Notes: generated by a model from the sequence alone, not told the origin. A stretch of DNA of 64,000 bases from Candidatus Nomurabacteria bacterium (GCA_023898465.1 CP060223.1:1-64000), one strand, 5' to 3'; shown: positions 1-9,151, counted from the stretch's first letter. Numbers and translations are program-made.

Positions 1-615
1 TCGCACCAACCAAATAGCAGTTTTTTTATCATAGCCCAGTGCCTGACTTGCTTGCACGAGGTCGTTGGCAAAGGCGTAGAAATATCCCGGGCCGGAGCCG
101 ATTACAGCAGTAATACGATCAATCTCCTTATCATTCTTTACTCGCAAAGTAGTACCAAAGCTCCGCAAAAGCTTTTCCATTCTTACACGTTCCTTTGCTG
201 AGCAGTTTGCTGTTGCTGTCCAGGCGCTGATGCTGCGTCCTTTCGTTGCCGCCAGGTTTGGCATCACGCGAATTACTTTCTTATGCTTAAGCTGTGCAGT
301 GAGATAGGCACGACTCACACCCGCCATAATCGAAATGACAAGAGTGTTTTTATTTAAGTTGCCCTGCAGCTCGAGTAACACTGATTTCGCATCTTGCGGC
401 TTCACGGCGAGCAAGATAATTTTTGCGCGCTTCATGCTCTGAAGATCTAGTTCAGCTTGTGCAGTGTAGTGCCGACGAATACCTCGACGTCGTTCTGCTG
501 ATCGTTCGATTACTAAGATATCTTGCGCGTGCAGTTGTTTAGCTTTGACGATTTGATTAACAATGGCTGAACCCATTGTGCCAAAGCCGATGGAAATGAA
601 TGTTCGGGATTTCAT
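1..615 (-). CDS. proC: pyrroline-5-carboxylate reductase (partial; C-terminus beyond window start)
   Basis: Minus-strand frame is open from ATG (615-613) to the window edge, so it is absent from the track (no stop in window). The translation MKSRTFISIGFGTMGSAIVNQIVK...VKPQD...VMPNLAATKG has a Rossmann GxGxxG N-terminus and the P5CR pattern. The start overlaps the proB stop (ATGA). Confidence 0.6.
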   Translation of the reverse strand, partial: MKSRTFISIGFGTMGSAIVNQIVKAKQLHAQDILVIERSAERRRGIRRHYTAQAELDLQSMKRAKIILLAVKPQDAKSVLLELQGNLNKNTLVISIMAGVSRAYLTAQLKHKKVIRVMPNLAATKGRSISAWTATANCSAKERVRMEKLLRSFGTTLRVKNDKEIDRITAVIGSGPGYFYAFANDLVQASQALGYDKKTAIWLVR

Positions 616-1673
616 GGGAAGACAAAAATATTATCAGCATGCATAACTTCTAATCCACGAGTAGTATTTTGGGCAACATGCTTTTGGAGCTCACTACTAC
701 TGATCTCGGTTAGTCCATAGCCAATCGGTCGTTGGGCAGTATCTTGGAGCTCAACACATTCTCGAGCTTGAAATTGTCCAGAGATCTTGTGTATCCCTAC
801 GGCCAGGAGGCTATTACGATTCTGTAGGGCAGTGACAGCCCCAGCATCGAGTTGAATACTTGCCCCTGAATTTTGTGCAGAGAGAATCCAACGTTCACGT
901 GAACTGACCTCCATCTCTTTGTGGGTGGCAATGATGCAGACTGTTCCGTGTTGCGCATTTTTTAATATAACCTCGCTTAAGAGAGATGGTTGATTTCCAT
1001 TCATGACAATAGCGGTAATACCGGCAGTTGCCGCTGTACGAGCCGCCTTAAGTTTTGATTCCATGCCACCACGACCCACTGCAGTTTTTCCTTTGGTATC
1101 AAGATGACGGAGATCTCGCATTTCAATAGTGCGAAGTAATTCCACGCCTTGTCCATTACTTGGATTTTCGGCGTAGACTCCATCAACATTGGTGAGGAGG
1201 AAGAGGTGACTGGCCTGACTGAGCATGGCGACAATGGCGGCAAGCTGATCATTATCCAGGAAGTCCGCTTGCTCGGTAAGCGCAGTAGCATCGTTTTCAT
1301 TTACCACCGGGATGATGCCCTGGGCGCATAGTTCTTTCAAAGTTATTTGCAAGGCATCATAGCGCTGGCGATTAGCAATATCTTCACGTGATAGGAGGAG
1401 CTGGGCAATGTGCACCTCAGCTTGCGCGGCAGCTTTATGGGCTGCTTCCATTAAGAGGAGCTGACCATAGGCAGCTTTTGCTTGTTTACTTTGCAGGGCT
1501 TTGCTTTGTCCACCCATACCAACTGCACCAGAAAGTACTACAATACAAAAATGCCCAGCATCTTGAATTTTTTTCAATTCGGCAAAAAGTTGGGTAAGTC
1601 GCTCGTGCGCAAAAACGCCATCAGGCATGACCGTGCTTGTACCGATTTTTATGACAACGGTGTTTTCTTTCAT
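612..1673 (-). CDS. proB: glutamate 5-kinase with C-terminal PUA domain
   Basis: 353-aa ORF. It has a VVKIGTSTV-like N-terminus, amino-acid kinase fold motifs (LLTNVDGVY, GRGGMESKL) and a PUA-like C-terminus. It is co-oriented with and overlaps proC. Confidence 0.85.
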   Translation of the reverse strand: MKENTVVIKIGTSTVMPDGVFAHERLTQLFAELKKIQDAGHFCIVVLSGAVGMGGQSKALQSKQAKAAYGQLLLMEAAHKAAAQAEVHIAQLLLSREDIANRQRYDALQITLKELCAQGIIPVVNENDATALTEQADFLDNDQLAAIVAMLSQASHLFLLTNVDGVYAENPSNGQGVELLRTIEMRDLRHLDTKGKTAVGRGGMESKLKAARTAATAGITAIVMNGNQPSLLSEVILKNAQHGTVCIIATHKEMEVSSRERWILSAQNSGASIQLDAGAVTALQNRNSLLAVGIHKISGQFQARECVELQDTAQRPIGYGLTEISSSELQKHVAQNTTRGLEVMHADNIFVFP

Positions 1674-1699
1674 ACCTGCCTATGGTAGCGGGACTCAGG

Positions 1700-1744
1700 A
1701 GAAAAGAAAAGGCCCCGCTCTGTAGCTTGTACAGAAGCGGGGCC
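1700..1744 (-). terminator. rho-independent terminator (GC hairpin plus T-tract on minus strand)
   Basis: ggccccgctctgtagcttgtacagaagcggggcc forms an inverted repeat. On the minus strand it is followed by ttttcttttc. It lies just downstream of the stop of the 1774-2247 gene. Confidence 0.5.
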
Positions 1745-1773
1745 ATGGAGCCGGCGTGGGGGAACTACGCCAG

Positions 1774-2247
1774 CTAGTTCGAGGCAAAGGTGCAGAATTG
1801 GGCCAGAGTGCGGTCGGGTGGACCGTCGAGGGGTCGGCGATGCTTGGCGTTGATCTGCAACACCACCTGGCCGTTGTTCGTTCGTAGCCACACTGCCGAA
1901 TTGTTCGGCAACACGGTTTGATCGACCCAGATCACCGCATTGTTGTTGAAGGTGACGACCGGGTAGAACACGAGGTCTTGCTGGTCGGGCTGGGGGATGG
2001 TCAGTGTGACCCGGATCGCTTCTTGCTTGGCGTCCAAGTACACCGACTCGTAGGCCTCGACAACCCGGAAGCTGTCGAGACTGTAGATCCTGCCGATCTC
2101 CGGCTGGAAGCTGGCATCGGACACGTAGACAGTGTGTTCTTGAGTGACGTGGCGGGGCAGCAGCCAGTGGCTGACGAGACCGCCGACGAGCAGTGCAGCA
2201 ATGCCGAAGACGATCACTTTCGGCCAATCCGTGGTTCCATGTGACAC
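1774..2247 (-). CDS. hypothetical membrane-anchored protein (visibly GC-rich gene)
   Basis: GTG start at 2247, preceded by AAGGAGG at 6-nt spacing. One hydrophobic segment (VIVFGIAALLVGGLVSHWLL). A TTGACA-17-TAGTAT promoter on the minus strand sits at about 2344-2315. Third codon positions are G/C-rich, unlike proB next door. Confidence 0.5.
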   Translation of the reverse strand: MSHGTTDWPKVIVFGIAALLVGGLVSHWLLPRHVTQEHTVYVSDASFQPEIGRIYSLDSFRVVEAYESVYLDAKQEAIRVTLTIPQPDQQDLVFYPVVTFNNNAVIWVDQTVLPNNSAVWLRTNNGQVVLQINAKHRRPLDGPPDRTLAQFCTFASN

Positions 2248-2468
2248 GACGAACCTCCTTGTTTGTCCATGTGGAGCGAATTTGCACAGCGCAAATCGCC
2301 TTATGAAAGAACGACCCATACTAGCGTAAATCGGGCTTTTTGTCAACCCCACACTAGATTCGCTGCGAGATCAACCCTGTACCAGACTTAGTATGAGGCT
2401 AAGCTTAGCAGTATAGGACTTGGCAAAAGAGATGCTAATGTGTAAGTATAAAGGCATCCGTTACAGAC

Positions 2469-2635
2469 CCCACTGCCGACGGGTGACTCCGGCGCTTCGG
2501 AGGGCAGTGGGTGGCGAGGAGACTCCGAAGCGCCACAAGTTTCATTGATCTTTAGCAGCACGTTCGACCCCTCACTGTCGGCCAGCGGCTCGGGGTACTC
2601 CAGCGACAGTGAGGACAGCGCCCCTGGAGTACCCC
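2469..2635. ncRNA. candidate structured RNA: two tandem H-type pseudoknots (identity unknown)
   Basis: Pseudoknot 1: 2469-2477 pairs 2503-2511 (9 bp), interleaved with 2491-2502 pairing 2523-2534 (12 bp). Pseudoknot 2: 2570-2580 pairs 2604-2614 (11 bp), interleaved with 2592-2603 pairing 2624-2635 (12 bp). All pairs are Watson-Crick. The surrounding 2350-2980 has no credible ORF. Confidence 0.35.
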
Positions 2636-2987
2636 TCCCTTTTCTACGCAGCCCCCACTGCGCCCTGCCCCGTCTCATTTCTCAATCATCCGAGCGAGAA
2701 AGAAGAGGCGGGGCTTTTTCTTACAAAAAAGAGAGGGTACACAGATCCGGTTGTGTACCCTCGTGGCTGTTCTCGCTGTATGCTGAGGCAGATTCGATAT
2801 CCCCTGGTGACTCTCCTGAGCGCAGCAATACTTAGCCTATGGCACGCCCGATGGTAGAGAGTAGGGCGCACGAAAGAAGTATAAAATGGGAAGTGATATC
2901 TGGCAATTTTCTCTTGTGATTTTTTTCACAAGTTGCTAATTTGGGTATAGTCCTTTGATGGATCTCCAATAGCGTAAGGGAGGGAAT

Positions 2988-3296
2988 ATGTTGGGGAGGA
3001 AATGGTCCCTGCAGACCTTGAACATGAACGGAATAGAGGATCCCCACGATAGAGTCGCACACGAAGCGACACAAGATCTGCAGAGTCGACTTGGACACGT
3101 CGGAGTGAGACCTGGAGGGCACACGGAACCGTGCACGCAGATGAGCGCGCAGAGGCAAGGTAACACGATTCGCATCGTGATGCCGGGCGAAGAACGCAGT
3201 ACGGTATTCGTGATCTCGCCGGGACGTGGTAGCACCTTCAGTGCATTACGAGAGCGTTTCCAGACGGCATTCCCGGATGTGGAATTGCAAGAATGA
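2988..3296 (+). CDS. hypothetical protein (102 aa)
   Basis: ATG preceded by AAGGGAGGG at 5 nt. A TTCACA / TATAGT promoter-like pair lies upstream at about 2915-2950. A hairpin-T-tract terminator follows at 3311-3345. Confidence 0.5.
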   Translation: MLGRKWSLQTLNMNGIEDPHDRVAHEATQDLQSRLGHVGVRPGGHTEPCTQMSAQRQGNTIRIVMPGEERSTVFVISPGRGSTFSALRERFQTAFPDVELQE

Positions 3297-3310
3297 GTCA
3301 AACCTAAACT

Positions 3311-3345
3311 TGGCGCGTGGTAATCCATGCGCCTTGTCTTTTTTG
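3311..3345 (+). terminator. rho-independent terminator
   Basis: ggcgcgtggtaatccatgcgcc hairpin followed by ttgtcttttttgc. Confidence 0.5.
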
Positions 3346-3360
3346 CTTTGGAGTATGGCC

Positions 3361-3435
3361 TGGTGCCCCGGGAGGGAGTCGAACCCCCATTAGTGGCTTA
3401 GAAGTCCACAGTTCTATCCGTTGAACTACCGGGGC
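3361..3435 (-). tRNA. tRNA-Arg (anticodon TCT)
   Basis: Reverse complement GCCCCGG-TA-GTTC..GAAC-..CTTCTAA..-GGGGGTTCGACTCCCTC-CCGGGGC-A-CCA gives a cloverleaf with a 7-bp acceptor stem, T-loop TTCGACT and an encoded CCA. There is one A-G mismatch in the anticodon stem. Confidence 0.75.
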
Positions 3436-3523
3436 ACGATTGAAGGTATAGCAGAAGAGGGAAACATTTGGCAATGCATAAAAAAGTAGCCCCACTCCAT
3501 ATTTCAGAAGTGGGGCGCTTCGC

Positions 3524-4915
3524 TTACCGCGAAATGATCAGTTTGGTTGTTTGTTGTTCATCAGGTGTTCGCAAGAAGTACACGCCTGATGGCGACTGCC
3601 TGGAGTCCCAGCTCGCTCCTCCTCGAGTCAGTTCCCCTGACCAGATCTGTCGGCCTTGCGCATCCCAGATACCGAGAGGCAGACTTGCCGCATCGACACC
3701 CTGGGCGAAGATCTGTACTGCACCACGTGATGGGTTTGGATACGCCACGAGTCTGTGCGTCAGCGCGCTCGACGTATCGATTGATGAAACTGGTAGAGCT
3801 GTTGCGGTGGCGCAGAAAAGATCCGCCTGGTTCAGGATTCCATCATAGAATCGTGACCATACCGCAGTCAGCTCATCGCCGGCGACAAAGATGTGTGCTT
3901 CGACATCGTCATCCGTTTCTGTTGCGACAAGCACATCGTCACACCAGGCATTGCCGCCCCACATCTTGAAGGCCACGTCGTAGGAACCAAGACGGAGGTC
4001 CTGCCATGCCACGTAGATGCGACTTTGGCTGCCGGTGGCAATGTGACAGAACTTCGAGTCTTGATCGGTCTCGGTCAATTTCTCCTCGGGATTCCATACG
4101 CCGCCTATACGGCGCTGCATGAAAATCTCGAAATCACCATCTCGCTTGTCGTTGTAGCCGACCAGCAGAGTGTCGCCCATCAAGGCAAGCCGAGGCTGCC
4201 AAGAGTAGGAGGCATCATTGGTGAGTCGTTCCGTCAGTGTGACCGTGCCGTTCAGTAGCGTTGCGTGGTAGATCTCATCGTTGCCATCGCGAGTATCTTG
4301 CCACGCTACATGCACGGTGTCAGCTTCGGCTATCGCATCCGGGTGGGAGGCGTCACCGCTACTATCCGTAATTTGCGTTGGCGTAGACCAGCTTGCTCCA
4401 TTCCACTTGGCGTAGTAGAGCTCGGAATCGGTCGTACTCAGGGTCATGTAGACAACCCCGAATGAGTCGTCCGACTCGAGCACGAGATCAGCATTCACGG
4501 CGTTCACAGTGGCGAAACTGAGCTCGACTGGCGTTGACCAAGTTGAGCCCGCATCAGTGGAGAAGCTGGAGAAGATCTGGAAAAGGTCATCGACCAAATC
4601 CTCCCATACCACGCAGATAGTGCCACCGTTGCTCACTGAGATACAGGGATTCTCTGGATTGCTTCCACCTGCTATCGCCACCTCCGTGACGAGGGTGGTG
4701 CCGTCCAGTTCGCCGTAGTAGATCTCGAGCCCTCCACTTCGCTTGTCGTTCCAGGTGAGGTGCTGGGCACCGTCGGAGCTAGCGTAGGTGTCGAGCTGAA
4801 ATCCAATACTGTCGGCGAAGGTGAGCTGGATGGCTGATCCAAACTCGACCTGTTCGGCAAGGCTGGTCTGCACTACAGCAAGGAGAGCCAAGAAGGCAAG
4901 AAGCAAACGATACAT
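3524..4915 (-). CDS. secreted BNR/Asp-box repeat (sialidase-like beta-propeller) protein with T9SS-type C-terminal sorting domain
   Basis: Start ATG at 4915 (MYRLLLAFLALLAVVQTSLA signal peptide), preceded by AGGAAGGA. Asp-box-like motifs are present (STDAGSTWS, WNGASWSTP). The C-terminus ...YPNPSRGAVQIF...IWDAQGRQIW...SGVYFLRT...KLIISR matches the Por-secretion tail pattern. A terminator hairpin follows at 3490-3520. Confidence 0.75.
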   Translation of the reverse strand: MYRLLLAFLALLAVVQTSLAEQVEFGSAIQLTFADSIGFQLDTYASSDGAQHLTWNDKRSGGLEIYYGELDGTTLVTEVAIAGGSNPENPCISVSNGGTICVVWEDLVDDLFQIFSSFSTDAGSTWSTPVELSFATVNAVNADLVLESDDSFGVVYMTLSTTDSELYYAKWNGASWSTPTQITDSSGDASHPDAIAEADTVHVAWQDTRDGNDEIYHATLLNGTVTLTERLTNDASYSWQPRLALMGDTLLVGYNDKRDGDFEIFMQRRIGGVWNPEEKLTETDQDSKFCHIATGSQSRIYVAWQDLRLGSYDVAFKMWGGNAWCDDVLVATETDDDVEAHIFVAGDELTAVWSRFYDGILNQADLFCATATALPVSSIDTSSALTHRLVAYPNPSRGAVQIFAQGVDAASLPLGIWDAQGRQIWSGELTRGGASWDSRQSPSGVYFLRTPDEQQTTKLIISR

Positions 4916-5049
4916 GCTGAGAGTCCTTCCTTTTGACAATGAACACCCGTAATCTCCGTGATTACGTGTTTGGGGAACATGCAAGATAGCATGTATGTGA
5001 TTTTGGTCAAGCGGTCGACTTTCTTACCCTCATCCTTTACACTATATAT

Positions 5050-5424
5050 ATGCAGCATAAGCAGCGCCATATATACATTCCAACGCTACTCATCATCTTC
5101 TTGCTGATTGCCATTGTACTTTTGTGGCAATTTAGTGAGCCTGAAGCTGATGCCGTCTTTACTAGTGGTGAGGTGATGACACTCCATGGCAAGGTAGCAG
5201 AAAATGTCACTCAGGGCGTAGATGTTGATGCTTCTTCCTATCTTCTCTTAGCGCTTGATGAGGGGAGTGTTGCAAAAGTGGAATATCATCGTGGTGAAGC
5301 TGATTGCGAAAATAGAGTAGATGGCTTTTCTATCAATAAGGGTCAGTCTATCGAGGTCCGGGGTGTGGCAACCAGTCAGGATACAGTGAGCACCTGTGAC
5401 TCAAAAGGTTTCTATATTCGGTAA
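5050..5424 (+). CDS. hypothetical protein with N-terminal membrane anchor (124 aa)
   Basis: ORF with the hydrophobic segment LLIIFLLIAIVLLW. There is no recognisable domain. Confidence 0.4.
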   Translation: MQHKQRHIYIPTLLIIFLLIAIVLLWQFSEPEADAVFTSGEVMTLHGKVAENVTQGVDVDASSYLLLALDEGSVAKVEYHRGEADCENRVDGFSINKGQSIEVRGVATSQDTVSTCDSKGFYIR

Positions 5425-5515
5425 TAGCTCATACTCTTGACTCGTGACCTGGGTAGTGGTATAACACTCAGGCTCTTTTTTATTTGGCAATGACCATGTC
5501 ACATCAGGAGGATAC

Positions 5516-5968
5516 GTGGCAGAAACGCTCAAGATTGCGCTTACCGATGGTGAGCGGCAGGTCGTCGATGCGTTGGGGGTGAGTCCAGCAGTGAATTTCC
5601 TCATCGGCTTGTACGAGGAGATGCAGCAGAGGGGTGCTCGCTCGGTGACGCTGCTCGATGAGCAGAATGAGCCGCATGAGACCTTCGTGCCATTCCTGGT
5701 TCGTCGATCAGGTCTCGAGGGCGACCGTGCCTTCGTTGATGTTCCTCGAGACGATGCGGTGAGTAGGCTGCTGGAGCTGGCTCCTTGCCGGGAAGGTGCG
5801 CCGGAGTCCGAAAGGTTGCGACGTGCGCTGGCCTTGTTCATGCGCATCTGTCGCTGGGTGAAGGAGTCTGGCATCCTGGGCAAGGTTGGTTTGCCGGACA
5901 TGCGGGGCCGGATTCAGCATCAGCTAGACTTGAGCTGGATGCGACCGCTTCTGTCGATCTCGGTCTAG
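5516..5968 (+). CDS. hypothetical protein (150 aa; GC-rich gene)
   Basis: GTG start preceded by AGGAGGA. Third positions are G/C-rich, unlike the neighbours. There is no recognisable domain. Confidence 0.45.
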   Translation: MAETLKIALTDGERQVVDALGVSPAVNFLIGLYEEMQQRGARSVTLLDEQNEPHETFVPFLVRRSGLEGDRAFVDVPRDDAVSRLLELAPCREGAPESERLRRALALFMRICRWVKESGILGKVGLPDMRGRIQHQLDLSWMRPLLSISV

Positions 5969-6059
5969 ACTTCTCTTGACCGAAACAACGGCTCAGTTAC
6001 GACTGGGCCGTTTTCATTTTCCTCTATACAGTAATCCTCTTTTCTTTTATACTATAACC

Positions 6060-6647
6060 ATGCCCAAGAAGCTTGTCGTGACCACCAAAACAGTAGAAGT
6101 ACAAACACCTCCGCCATCAGCGGTAGATGAAGAGCTCTTTGACGAAGAATTTGGTGACGACGATGAGCAAAGCAGCACTGACCCAATGTTCAATCCTGAA
6201 ACTGGGAAGATTGAACAAGTAAATGGTGATGCTACTTTCTTCCAGGATATTGGAGCAGGTCGACAGAGCGAGGATGATAACGGTGCCTGGCTCAATGACG
6301 AGTACACTGGCCAGTTAGCCGTTGATGTATATCAGACTGAGCAGGATATTGTGATCAAGGCGGCAATCGCTGGAGTGCAGTCTGATGATGTAGATATCCA
6401 GGTAACCAACGACATGGTTACGATCAAAGGCGCTCGACGACTGGAGGATGAAGTAACTGATGATCAGTACTTTTATCGAGAATGTTATTGGGGCCGCTTC
6501 TCCCGTACCATAATTTTACCGGTTGATGTACGGAGTGATAAAGTTTCGGCCACTATTAAAAACGGAATACTAAGCGTTCGCCTGCCTAAATCTGAACCCT
6601 CGAAGGTGACAGTGGTAAGCGTGAACGACGAGGACACAGAGGGCTAA
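6060..6647 (+). CDS. small heat shock protein, Hsp20/alpha-crystallin family
   Basis: Alpha-crystallin domain features are present (IKAAIAGV..., GILSVRLPK). ATG at 6060 lies 9 nt after a TATACT -10-like hexamer and has no SD. Confidence 0.85.
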   Translation: MPKKLVVTTKTVEVQTPPPSAVDEELFDEEFGDDDEQSSTDPMFNPETGKIEQVNGDATFFQDIGAGRQSEDDNGAWLNDEYTGQLAVDVYQTEQDIVIKAAIAGVQSDDVDIQVTNDMVTIKGARRLEDEVTDDQYFYRECYWGRFSRTIILPVDVRSDKVSATIKNGILSVRLPKSEPSKVTVVSVNDEDTEG

Positions 6648-6707
6648 TCAGGCGTAGATGGGGGAAGGAGCGAGGCCACTCTGCTGGCCCATTTTTTTCA
6701 CCTAAAT

Positions 6708-8534
6708 ATGGCAAAGAAGAAAGAAGAGAAAAAAGAAAAGCAACACACGCGGACCTGGATCAAACCTCTTGTCTTTACCTTGTCTGGCATCTTTTTATTT
6801 CTTCTCATCGTCGGACTCAGCCTTGTTTGGTTGCAGCAAGCCTATGCACAGAAGTTTTATCCGGGAGTGCATATTGGTGCAACTTCAGTCAGTGGGCAAA
6901 GCTATCTGGACGTGCTAACTCGATTGGAACGTTATAGTGAATCAGTGGAGAGCGATGGGGTGGAGTTTATCTATCAAGACACTAGGGTAAATGTCACTCC
7001 TTCCGTTTTAGCCACCTCAGATCCCGACCTCGCCGTTTCACTTTTCAGTTTTTATGTTGAGCCAACAGTCCAAGCAGCTTACGCGCATGGTCGCTCAGGC
7101 ACGTACTGGCAAAACACCATGACGCAGATACGTTCCTTTGTATTTGGCTACCATGAAGCTCTGCAATACGAGGTGGCAGACGAAACACTGCAGGGATTGT
7201 TAGAGGAGAGTTTCGCAGCATATGAGACAGCCGCACAGGATGCGCAGCTAGAGGTGAATGAAGCGCATACACTTATTGTGGCCCCTGAGGAAGCAGGTGA
7301 AACATTAGCCTATAGCGATGCAATAGTAATGATGAAGCAAGCTTTTGTTAAACAAGAAAGTCGTATTGAAATTGCGCTTGCAGCAAAATCAGTTGCCCCC
7401 CGCTATACCAGCGCTGATCTGCAACCCTTGTTACCTTCAGCTGAGCAGCTCCTTACTCACGCGCCATTTATTCTACATTCATCCGATGGTGACAATGAAA
7501 TAAGTAAAGAAGAATTAGCTCCTTGGCTTATTGCGCGTCCGGCTACGGTTGGAGTGCTATTAGAAGTGAGCGCAGAACGGGCTGATGAGTTTTTTACCAC
7601 ACTGGCTGAGCAGATTGATGAAGCGCCGCAAGAAGGTCGCTTTGCTATTAGCGATGGAGTGGTCACAGAAACGCAGCCGGGCAAAGAGGGTCGTAGCTTA
7701 GATCGAGAAGCGACTGCCCAGGCCATGACACAAGCATGGATTCAAGAGGGTGTGCAAAGCGCTGAAGTGGTTATGAAAGTGCAAGAGCCACAAATTACCT
7801 CAGATGCTACCGGGCCACTACAAAACCTCCAACTTCTTGGCACTGGTCATTCTAATTTTGCCGGAAGTCCAAACAATCGACGACATAACATCCAAGTTGG
7901 AGCTGATAGCGTGAACGGTGTAGTGGTGATGCCGGGCGAAGAATTTTCTTTAGTAAACATCCTCGGACCAATTGAGAAAGAAACAGGTTACTTGCCGGAG
8001 CTGGTAATTAAGGGCGATAAGACGGTGCCGGAGTATGGCGGCGGACTTTGTCAGATCGGGACTACTGTTTTCCGCGCAGCCATGGCTACCGCTCTACCAA
8101 TTACTGAGCGGCGAAACCATTCGTATAATGTGAGTTATTATTTAGAGAATGGTTTACCCGGCACAGACGCGACTATCTATCCAGCTCATCCGGATTTACG
8201 TTTTGTAAATGATACCGAAAACCCCATCCTTATTCAGAGCAGGATAGAAGGTAATGACATTTACTTTGATTTCTGGGGTAAGTCCGATGGTCGATCAGCA
8301 GTACGTACTACGCCAGAAGTATGGGGGTGGACTGATCCGCCGCCAACCAAGGAGATTGTGAGCACTGATTTAGCACCTGGCCAACGCAAGTGTACAGAGC
8401 GAGCGCATAAGGGTGTGAAGACGCAATTCACCTATACCATCACCTATCCCGACGGACATCAGGAGGAGAAGGTGTTTCAAAGCACCTATAAGCCTTGGCA
8501 AGAAGTGTGTCTGGTAGGCCCTTCTGAAACCTAG
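6708..8534 (+). CDS. VanW family protein with N-terminal TM segment
   Basis: The C-terminal region YGGGLCQIGTTVFRAAMATALPITERRNHSY...GTDATIY is VanW-like. There is an N-terminal hydrophobic anchor. Confidence 0.8.
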   Translation: MAKKKEEKKEKQHTRTWIKPLVFTLSGIFLFLLIVGLSLVWLQQAYAQKFYPGVHIGATSVSGQSYLDVLTRLERYSESVESDGVEFIYQDTRVNVTPSVLATSDPDLAVSLFSFYVEPTVQAAYAHGRSGTYWQNTMTQIRSFVFGYHEALQYEVADETLQGLLEESFAAYETAAQDAQLEVNEAHTLIVAPEEAGETLAYSDAIVMMKQAFVKQESRIEIALAAKSVAPRYTSADLQPLLPSAEQLLTHAPFILHSSDGDNEISKEELAPWLIARPATVGVLLEVSAERADEFFTTLAEQIDEAPQEGRFAISDGVVTETQPGKEGRSLDREATAQAMTQAWIQEGVQSAEVVMKVQEPQITSDATGPLQNLQLLGTGHSNFAGSPNNRRHNIQVGADSVNGVVVMPGEEFSLVNILGPIEKETGYLPELVIKGDKTVPEYGGGLCQIGTTVFRAAMATALPITERRNHSYNVSYYLENGLPGTDATIYPAHPDLRFVNDTENPILIQSRIEGNDIYFDFWGKSDGRSAVRTTPEVWGWTDPPPTKEIVSTDLAPGQRKCTERAHKGVKTQFTYTITYPDGHQEEKVFQSTYKPWQEVCLVGPSET

Positions 8535-8547
8535 GGCTATTGACCGT

Positions 8548-8576
8548 CTTAATTTCGTGTGTTATATAAGTAGCTC
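8548..8576 (+). promoter_or_regulatory. sigma70-like promoter (TTGACC-17-TATATA)
   Basis: Near-consensus hexamers at the canonical spacing. It would drive the roughly 250-nt unit that ends at the 8793-8832 terminator. Confidence 0.4.
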
Positions 8577-8792
8577 GAACTTTTGAGCTGCTAGTGTCGT
8601 GTTGTGCGGAAAGTCTATCCAGCGGGTTTACCCTAGCTGCATAGGTGATCCGCTCGCGCATGTGCGGCTCAACTTTGTCGGAGAGCGGATTGGGTTAGAT
8701 CTGGAAAAAGTCTCGGCTTCTAGCCGGCAGTATGAAACTATAGCCCGTAGAGGTGGAGACGAACACTCTGAGCCTCCGCTCTCCTTTTCTCA

Positions 8793-8832
8793 CCGGCCAT
8801 TGGCGTAGTCCATTGGCCGGTTTTCTTTTTTG
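8793..8832 (+). terminator. rho-independent terminator
   Basis: ccggccattggcgtagtccattggccgg hairpin followed by ttttcttttttg. Confidence 0.5.
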
Positions 8833-9151
8833 TATATGCAAAAAGACCGCACATCTCAGGACAAGAAAATGTTTCTATGGTGTGAGATAGGAGGGGGGAC
8901 CCACCTCATCCAGGGGAAACATTCCCATGCTTGTCGTGTCCTGAGATGCGCGGCCGCTTTGTAAAGTCCGCTACTGCTAGCGTGACTTAGGAGGATAGCA
9001 TAGGACTTCTGGCTTGTCAAGACTTACCCTTCACATCCCATATGAAAAGGGAAAAACCCCCAAAAAATCGATTTTTTTCGTTGACGAGACTAGTATTTCC
9101 TGATACAGTTTTGAAGCTACATATCATTGAAAGCAACAAGGAATCAAAGGC

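Noticed and set aside
2350-2980. tmRNA (ssrA) as the identity of the pseudoknot region
   Set aside because: The tandem H-type pseudoknots resemble tmRNA PK2-PK4. On neither strand did I find a T-arm (GGnnnTTCGAnTCC) next to an acceptor/CCA end or a plausible Ala-resume tag ORF ending in hydrophobic residues plus stop. The only nearby T-arm belongs to tRNA-Arg at 3361-3435.
8585-8832. SRP (4.5S/scRNA) or 6S RNA
   Set aside because: No GGAAGGAAGCAGC-type domain IV motif and no long bulged double helix typical of 6S. Left as an unidentified small transcript.
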